From an uncultured Algoriphagus sp. (GTDB lineage Bacteria > Bacteroidota > Bacteroidia > Cytophagales > Cyclobacteriaceae), in contig NZ_CAXBBX010000009.1 in assembly GCF_963974365.1 (NCBI RefSeq), forward strand, positions 199,274-263,273: 64,000 nucleotides of DNA. The letters are read 5' to 3'. Below the pieces are notes generated by a model. It was not told the origin of the DNA. It worked only from the letters and a program-made list of their open reading frames with translations, and made no database searches. The position numbers were made by a program, and so were the translations under genes. This document shows, piece by piece, positions 58,526 through 64,000 of this stretch; the first letter of the stretch is position 1, and each line of letters begins with the position of its first letter.

Positions 58526-58533
58526 CAAAAATA
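58526..58533 (-). promoter_or_regulatory. candidate -7 promoter box TATTTTTG (minus strand)
   Basis: The reverse complement of CAAAAATA is an exact TAnnTTTG, about 110 nt upstream of the rluB ATG. Confidence 0.35.
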
Positions 58534-58545
58534 TTCCTAATTCAT

Positions 58546-58621
58546 AAACCTTCCAGGTTTCTATAAAAGACTAAGGAATCCATAATTCATCACTACTCCA
58601 TCATGTAAACCTGGAAGGTTT
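58546..58621. repeat. pair of 15-nt near-palindromes in inverted orientation
   Basis: AAACCTTCCAGGTTT (58546-58560) and its exact reverse complement AAACCTGGAAGGTTT (58607-58621). Each is AAACCT-N3-AGGTTT; 46-nt spacer. Confidence 0.8.
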
Positions 58622-58629
58622 TCTGAAAT

Positions 58630-59442
58630 CTAGTTCAGATGCTTATAAAAATACTCAGTCGCTTTTCTCACTGACCCTTCACTAAGCAATAGTTTGTGAG
58701 CTGTTTCCTCTTCTAATCCTGTAGCTTCCATGATCATTTTGGTTCCACGCTGTACCAGTTTAGCATTGGAAAGCTGCATATCCACCATTTTATTTCCTTT
58801 CACTTTCCCTAGCTTAATCATCACAGTAGTGGAAATCATATTGAGAATCAACTTCTGCGCGGTGCCTGATTTCATTCGTGTGCTCCCTGTGATAAATTCT
58901 GGACCCACCACTGCTTCTATGGGGTGCTCTACTTCTTTTGAAAGCGGTGAATCCGGATTACAGGTAATACTCCCTGTCAAAAGACCTTTCTCCCGTGCTA
59001 TTTTTACCCCACCAATTACATAAGGAGTTGTACCAGACGCAGCTATTCCGATCACCGTATCATTTTCGTTAAAGCCGTATTCCAGAATATCATTCCAAGC
59101 CTGATCCGCATCATCTTCCGCATTTTCCACAGCTTTCCTGATTGCTTTATCTCCTCCCGCAATAAGTCCTAATACCATATCGAATGGCACACCATAGGTT
59201 GGCGGACACTCTGATGCATCCAAAACACCCAGCCTACCACTGGTCCCAGCCCCTATATAAATCAATCTTCCGCCTTTCTCCATCCTAGGCACAATCTGCT
59301 CAATCAATCCATTAATATTCGGAATAACTTTCTCAACAGCAAGGGCTACTTTTTTATCTTCTCGGTTAATATTTTGAAGAATAGAAATGACATCCATCTG
59401 TTCAAGATTGTCATATAGAGAAGTACTTTCAGTTACCTTCAT
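58630..59442 (-). CDS. murQ: N-acetylmuramic acid 6-phosphate etherase
   Basis: SIS domain GRLIYIGAGTSGRLGVLDASECPPTYG; 270 aa. Confidence 0.95.
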   Translation of the reverse strand: MKVTESTSLYDNLEQMDVISILQNINREDKKVALAVEKVIPNINGLIEQIVPRMEKGGRLIYIGAGTSGRLGVLDASECPPTYGVPFDMVLGLIAGGDKAIRKAVENAEDDADQAWNDILEYGFNENDTVIGIAASGTTPYVIGGVKIAREKGLLTGSITCNPDSPLSKEVEHPIEAVVGPEFITGSTRMKSGTAQKLILNMISTTVMIKLGKVKGNKMVDMQLSNAKLVQRGTKMIMEATGLEEETAHKLLLSEGSVRKATEYFYKHLN

Positions 59443-59528
59443 GTGTATATAATTTGACTTTTAAGGCCACATGGAATCTTCGCATGAATTAATCACCACA
59501 ATGTGTGAGGCTTGTGTCATGCTCGATT

Positions 59529-60371
59529 TCATAAGTTCTCTTGGTGGTAAAGTGTCAAGCCAGCTATGGGGCTTTCAATGATTAAATTTACATTTATCTG
59601 CACATCTGAGGCAGCTTTACGAAGGATATCACTGTTATAATAGGCTATAGAACCCACGAAATTCACTGGCTTTTCCCTGTAATCCTTATACTTCATCACA
59701 TGTTGTTTGAAGAAATCCTGAAAGGAATTGTAATAGAGCATATAGCAATAGGGATTGGATTTATGCTCAGTGATAAACCTGCAAAAGCTGGCCATGTATC
59801 GATTAGGAAATGGCTTTTGATAAACGTGTTCCTGAATCACAGTATTTGTAAGATGAAAGTTTTCTACCAGCTCTTTTTTGATTTCAGTTGGCATTTCATC
59901 ATTGATAAAATCCTTTAGAAGTTTTCTTCCTACATAGCCTCCTCCTCCTTCATCACCGAAGATGTAGCCTGGTGCTGGACGAGAGGCAACTATTTGAACA
60001 CCATCGTAGTCACAGCTGTTTGAACCAGTACCCAAAATACAAGCTATCCCAGCCAGGTGACCACATGTGGACCTAGCAGCTGCAGCAAGATCATGATCAA
60101 TACTAATTTTAGCAGTTGGAAAAACTGTCTTTAGTGCTGATGAAACTTCATTCTTCCTATCAGGACTCGAGCAGCCAGCTCCATAGAAATAAATTTCCTT
60201 TATTTCAGATTCCAGATTAACCAGAAAGTCATCTTTCATTTGAATACCTATCTCTTCGGAGGTTTGATAATAGGGGTTAAAACCTATTCCTCGATGCTGA
60301 CTAATTTTATGGTCAGAATGAATAACTCTCCAGTCCGTCTTGCTGGATCCACTATCTGCGATTAAAATCAT
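59529..60371 (-). CDS. BadF/BadG/BcrA/BcrD-type sugar kinase (GlcNAc/MurNAc kinase, MurK-like)
   Basis: MILIADSGSSKTDW phosphate-1 motif and ILGTGSNS; adjacent to murQ. Confidence 0.75.
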   Translation of the reverse strand: MILIADSGSSKTDWRVIHSDHKISQHRGIGFNPYYQTSEEIGIQMKDDFLVNLESEIKEIYFYGAGCSSPDRKNEVSSALKTVFPTAKISIDHDLAAAARSTCGHLAGIACILGTGSNSCDYDGVQIVASRPAPGYIFGDEGGGGYVGRKLLKDFINDEMPTEIKKELVENFHLTNTVIQEHVYQKPFPNRYMASFCRFITEHKSNPYCYMLYYNSFQDFFKQHVMKYKDYREKPVNFVGSIAYYNSDILRKAASDVQINVNLIIESPIAGLTLYHQENL

Positions 60372-60599
60372 TTATGCTAATTGCCCAATGGCTTCAAATT
60401 TCTCAAATACTTTTTCTGTATGGGGTGCATCTGGCAATTCCTCAGTCAAATCCTGCCCTGCCCAATGCTCGTAATGCATGCCTTTCTTCCAAAGTCTAGA
60501 ACTACTCACATCATAAATCACACCTTGATAAGCAACCCAAATTTCAGGTTTATCCTGCCCATTTCGAAGCGCTAATTGTTGCTTAGTGTAGGTCTTCAT
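60372..60599 (-). CDS. cytochrome b5-like heme/steroid-binding domain protein (75 aa)
   Basis: YTKQQLALRNGQDKPEIWVAYQGVIYDVSSSRLWKKGMH pattern. The ATG at 60599 overlaps the upstream TGA (TGATG), and the gene abuts the kinase ATG at 60371. Confidence 0.65.
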   Translation of the reverse strand: MKTYTKQQLALRNGQDKPEIWVAYQGVIYDVSSSRLWKKGMHYEHWAGQDLTEELPDAPHTEKVFEKFEAIGQLA

Positions 60600-61750
60600 C
60601 AAAGCAACTTGATTTGAGCATTGATCCAACGCTCAGGTATTTCTCCCTTTTGAGCCATCTGATAGTCCGCATAGCTACAAGGAACTGTACTCACTCGGTC
60701 AAATTTCTCTGTTTCATTATGTGGAATCTCCATCCACCATTTACCGCTTCGCTTACTTTTGTAGAAAACCAAGGTATTCGGTTTGGTATCAAGAGAAACG
60801 GTATATTTTGTATAATCACTGCTTTTAAAAGAAAGGCTATCCTTGCGCGAGTAAAACCCTTCTAAGAAATACCAAATCATAACAGAAACCACCTTGGCTG
60901 TCTTATTTGCAGCATCATCATAATATGGTTCGTAACCATATATTCCGATGGAACTTAGCTTTTCATTTGTCCCCGCAAACCAGCAAATCTGACACGCTTC
61001 TTCGGCTGTCAATCCAAATGGCTCAGCATTTACCGCTCCTGGAGCATCTGCAGACTGAATAGCACACAAATCAAAACTCAGCAAATCTGCATTTCGAATC
61101 AAAGGCTCAACTTCTTTGAACTCACTTCTTAATTCTCCCAAGCGCACGTGCTCGAAATACAACTTTTCCACCACATTGATCAGCGATGGATCTACTAGAA
61201 AGCTTTGGTAAGCAAGATGGGCAGATGAAAAAAGAAAATTAGGCTGGTGAAGAATGATCTCCTGTGTATGTTGATCCGCAAGTGGACCATCTTCTTCCAT
61301 GTCTAGTTTGGCATCTACAGTTAACAGACTGACCAGCTTTTTCATTTTTTGGTAGGACAAATACTGCCCGTAGTCCAGATCGTGCGAACCTCCAAAGTAA
61401 ATTGGCAGAATCTGATGTTTCATCAAGTAATCTCCTACCTCCTGCATTCGTTGATACGTGTCACTCAATTTCTCTCCTGAAATCAAATCTCCTAAATCAG
61501 CTACTCTATATGCCCCAAAGCCTTTTTTCAGCTCATAAAGTTTCTCACGAATCTCACTACTACCTCTATCCGCACTTTCCACTTTGCCCAAACCTCGATT
61601 TTCTTTGATTCCGACTAAAGCTATTTGTACACCTTTGAGATCAGGAAATTCCTCTCCGAAAAAATGGATTTGCTTAAAGAATGAATTGTTTTGATACTTC
61701 TTCTGCCAAAGGTATTCGGCTACTGGGTCAAAATAAGATTGGATATTCAT
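60599..61750 (-). CDS. arginase/formimidoylglutamase-fold protein with an extra C-terminal domain
   Basis: Ureohydrolase-like boxes FGGSHDLD, TVDAKLD and LSFDLCAIQSADAPG. ATG at 61750; the track start 61783 is TTG. Confidence 0.65.
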   Translation of the reverse strand: MNIQSYFDPVAEYLWQKKYQNNSFFKQIHFFGEEFPDLKGVQIALVGIKENRGLGKVESADRGSSEIREKLYELKKGFGAYRVADLGDLISGEKLSDTYQRMQEVGDYLMKHQILPIYFGGSHDLDYGQYLSYQKMKKLVSLLTVDAKLDMEEDGPLADQHTQEIILHQPNFLFSSAHLAYQSFLVDPSLINVVEKLYFEHVRLGELRSEFKEVEPLIRNADLLSFDLCAIQSADAPGAVNAEPFGLTAEEACQICWFAGTNEKLSSIGIYGYEPYYDDAANKTAKVVSVMIWYFLEGFYSRKDSLSFKSSDYTKYTVSLDTKPNTLVFYKSKRSGKWWMEIPHNETEKFDRVSTVPCSYADYQMAQKGEIPERWINAQIKLL

Positions 61751-61798
61751 AAAGGGGTGATAGTCTAAGGTAAAAATAATCAAAAATGGTTCTTAAAT

Positions 61799-61826
61799 AA
61801 AAAATCCCGCCGAAGCGGGATCTTTT
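61799..61826 (-). terminator. rho-independent terminator after nqrF
   Basis: On the minus strand: GATCCCGC-TTCG-GCGGGAT followed by TTTTTTATTT. Confidence 0.9.
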
Positions 61827-61835
61827 GTTTTTTGA

Positions 61836-63137
61836 TTAACCTCCGAAGTCGTCAAATCGGATGTTCTCCTGAGGAATTCCCAGATCATCTAGCAATTTCA
61901 ACACTGCTGAGTTCATCAAAGGAGGGCCACATAGGTAATATTCTACCTCATCTGGCTCAGGGTGATTCTTCAGGTAATTATCATATAATACTTGGTGAAT
62001 GAAACCAACGTAACCGTCGCCTTCATCTTCCGGAGTTTTCTTGATTTTCCAATTGTCTTCCGGAAGTGGCTCCGATAGACCAATGTTGAATTGGAAGTTA
62101 GGGAAGTCTTTCTCGATGTCTCTGAATTGAGGTACATAGAAAAGCTCTTTTTTAGATCTACCACCGTACCAGTAAGAAACTTTTCTGCTGGTCTTTTCAG
62201 TATGGAAAAGGTGGAAAATCTGTGCTCTCAATGGAGCCATACCTGCACCACCACCGATGTAAACCATCTCACGTTGGGTAGGATTAATATGGAATTCACC
62301 GTAAGGTCCAGAGATAGTTACTTTATCACCAGGAACTCTAGAGAATACATAAGAAGAACAAACACCAGGATTCACATCCATCCATTTGTTATTCGCTCTA
62401 TCCCAAGGTGGAGTAGCTATACGAATGGTAAGCATCACGATGTTACCTTCAGCTGGGTGATTCGCCATAGAGTAAGCTCTGAATAACTCCTCATCATTCT
62501 TCATGGTCAAATCCCAAAGGCCGAACTTATCCCAATCGCTTTGGTAAACGTCTGCTGGGTGACCTAGATCAGGATGCGGAGTGATATCCATTCCTTTGAA
62601 GTTCACTGTGATTACAGGAACGTCAATCTGAATGTATCCACCAGCTTCAAACTCAAGAGTTTCTCCTTCAGGGAGTTTCACTTTGAATTCTTTGATGAAG
62701 GTAGAAACGTTGTAGTTAGAGATAACCTCACACTCCCACTTCTTAATACCAAAGATCTCCTCAGGAACGCGGATCTTCATGTCATTTTTCACTTTCACCT
62801 GACACGCGAGGCGGACGTTACTTTGCTGCTCAGCTCTGCTCAAGTGACCGACTTCGGTAGGAAGAACTTCTCCACCACCTTCTTCGACCACGCATTTACA
62901 CATAGCGCAAGTTCCGCCACCACCGCAAGCGGATGGAAGGAAGATTTTTTGTCCTCCAAGAGTAGAAAGCAGGGTTGTACCAGCTGCAGTCACGATTGGA
63001 GAACTAGTGTCACCATTAATTACAATGTTGACATCCCCTGAGTTGACCAGTTTTGACTGGGCAAAAAGGAGAATAAATACCAGTAGCAATATGATTACTG
63101 TAAAAGCTACAATGGATGTGATAATTACTGAACCCAT
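61836..63137 (-). CDS. nqrF: Na+-translocating NADH:quinone reductase subunit F
   Basis: N-terminal TM helix; 2Fe-2S box [12 protein letters not shown]; FAD/NADH motifs RAYSMANHP and GGGAGMAP. Confidence 0.9.
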   Translation of the reverse strand: MGSVIITSIVAFTVIILLLVFILLFAQSKLVNSGDVNIVINGDTSSPIVTAAGTTLLSTLGGQKIFLPSACGGGGTCAMCKCVVEEGGGEVLPTEVGHLSRAEQQSNVRLACQVKVKNDMKIRVPEEIFGIKKWECEVISNYNVSTFIKEFKVKLPEGETLEFEAGGYIQIDVPVITVNFKGMDITPHPDLGHPADVYQSDWDKFGLWDLTMKNDEELFRAYSMANHPAEGNIVMLTIRIATPPWDRANNKWMDVNPGVCSSYVFSRVPGDKVTISGPYGEFHINPTQREMVYIGGGAGMAPLRAQIFHLFHTEKTSRKVSYWYGGRSKKELFYVPQFRDIEKDFPNFQFNIGLSEPLPEDNWKIKKTPEDEGDGYVGFIHQVLYDNYLKNHPEPDEVEYYLCGPPLMNSAVLKLLDDLGIPQENIRFDDFGG

Positions 63138-63184
63138 GAAATTTTGGTTTAATTTTTCTTATGGATTGGCCCAATACGGGAGCA

Positions 63185-63218
63185 CAAATATATTTATTAA
63201 TCACTAAAAGAGACCAAA
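63185..63218 (-). promoter_or_regulatory. candidate promoter TTTG-N22-TATATTTG (minus strand)
   Basis: Exact TAnnTTTG (reverse complement of 63185-63192) 48 nt upstream of the nqrF ATG; TTTG is the reverse complement of 63215-63218. Confidence 0.4.
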
Positions 63219-63235
63219 TCGCAGTTCAAATTTGG
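63214..63235 (-). terminator. weak hairpin after accD
   Basis: CCAAAT/ATTTGG 6-bp stem with a 10-nt loop, followed on the minus strand by TCTCTTTT. Confidence 0.35.
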
Positions 63236-63269
63236 CCGGAATAATGAAATCCTTTTAATAGTAACTCTT

Positions 63270-64000
63270 TTAGTTATTTAAAAGGTTTAGCAAGGTGGTC
63301 AATCGGCCTTTCAACTGGCGACGATCAACAATGAAATCCAAGAATCCATGCTCCAAAACGAACTCAGAACTTTGGAAACCTTTCGGCAAATCCTTACCAA
63401 TTGTCTCACGAATTACTCTAGGGCCGGCAAAACCAATTAATGCCTCTGGCTCAGCGATGTTGAAATCGCCCAGCATTGCATAAGAAGCAGTGACTCCACC
63501 AGTGGTAGGATCCGTAAGCATAGAAATGTAAGGAATCCCTGCTTGATCTAACAACGCAAGCTTGGCAGATGTTTTCGCCATTTGCATTAAAGAGAAGCCA
63601 GCTTCCATCATTCGTGCTCCACCCGACTTGGAAATCATCAAGAATGGGATTTTATTCTTTAGGGAGTGATCAATAGCACGGGCAATTTTCTCACCTACTA
63701 CAGACCCCATGGATCCTCCGATGAAATTAAAGTCCATACAAGCAATAACGATGTCCAATCCATTCATTTTACCCACAGCGGATCTCACAGCGTCGTTCAA
63801 CTCTGTTTTCTTGATCGTAGCTTCTATTCGGGAAACGTAGGGTTTGGTATCTGTGAATTTCAAAGGATCACCTGAGGTCATATTAGCATCAAGTTCCTTG
63901 AATTTATTGTTGTCAAAAAGAATTTCGAAATATTCCTTCGAACCAATTTTCACATGAAAATCATCATCTGGGCATACATAAGCGTTGTTCTTGAGCTCTC
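63270..64000 (-). CDS. accD: acetyl-CoA carboxylase carboxyltransferase subunit beta (5' end outside the window)
   Basis: [26 protein letters not shown] and GFAGPRVI motifs. The frame stays open upstream of the GTG at 63953 as far as the window edge (…[19 protein letters not shown]). Confidence 0.85.
   Translation of the reverse strand, partial: ELKNNAYVCPDDDFHVKIGSKEYFEILFDNNKFKELDANMTSGDPLKFTDTKPYVSRIEATIKKTELNDAVRSAVGKMNGLDIVIACMDFNFIGGSMGSVVGEKIARAIDHSLKNKIPFLMISKSGGARMMEAGFSLMQMAKTSAKLALLDQAGIPYISMLTDPTTGGVTASYAMLGDFNIAEPEALIGFAGPRVIRETIGKDLPKGFQSSEFVLEHGFLDFIVDRRQLKGRLTTLLNLLNN

Noticed and set aside
58546-58621. The inverted repeats as a phase-variable invertible promoter (inverton).
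   Set aside because: The element is only 76 bp in total, and the putative -7 box lies outside the repeats. No site-specific recombinase gene is present anywhere in the window.
62091-63041. Two long plus-strand ORFs (131 and 155 aa) inside nqrF.
   Set aside because: They are antisense to a CDS with unmistakable NqrF cofactor motifs, and no independent signals support them.

Overview
Dense 64-kb chromosomal segment, about 61 CDS. I saw no rRNA, tRNA, CRISPR array, transposase or integrase. Clear Bacteroidota hallmarks (probably Cytophagia/Flavobacteriia-like; taxon is a guess): a porP-gldK-gldL-gldM-gldN type IX secretion/gliding cluster, a PorW/SprE-like lipoprotein, an F-type ATPase operon that stops after atpG, the nusB-DUF1573-yajC-ybbR-coaE and CBS-nadK-DUF6089-uppS-bamA-skp-skp synteny blocks, and several exact TAnnTTTG (-7) promoter motifs. 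GC looks near 40% by eye. The ORF track takes the most upstream ATG/GTG/TTG, so about ten starts are over-extended and were trimmed here; that also removes an apparent 370-bp antisense overlap at 25.7-26.1 kb. Most content is core housekeeping or envelope biogenesis: sulfatase, ATP synthase, PBP1A, uvrC, hemD/hemW, SurA-like PPIases, ABC exporter, Leu dehydrogenase, serS, chrA, trx, rluB, murQ, nqrF and accD (runs off the 3' edge). The least explained pieces are: (1) an overlapping HipA/PI3-4-kinase-like kinase plus DUF3037 gene pair at 42.5-43.7 kb, with its own promoter motif and no HTH antitoxin, between a bestrophin-type channel gene and an AT-rich outer-membrane gene; (2) a membrane-GAF-PP2C phosphatase / STAS / RsbW-like kinase partner-switching module with no sigma factor nearby; (3) a tightly coupled four-gene operon joining an arginase-fold protein with apparently degenerate metal ligands, a cytochrome b5-like protein, a BadF-type sugar kinase and murQ; (4) paired 15-nt palindromes and a hairpin-rich leader upstream of rluB; (5) a solitary nqrF with its own promoter and terminator. 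All family calls come from motif recognition by eye. No searches were run.
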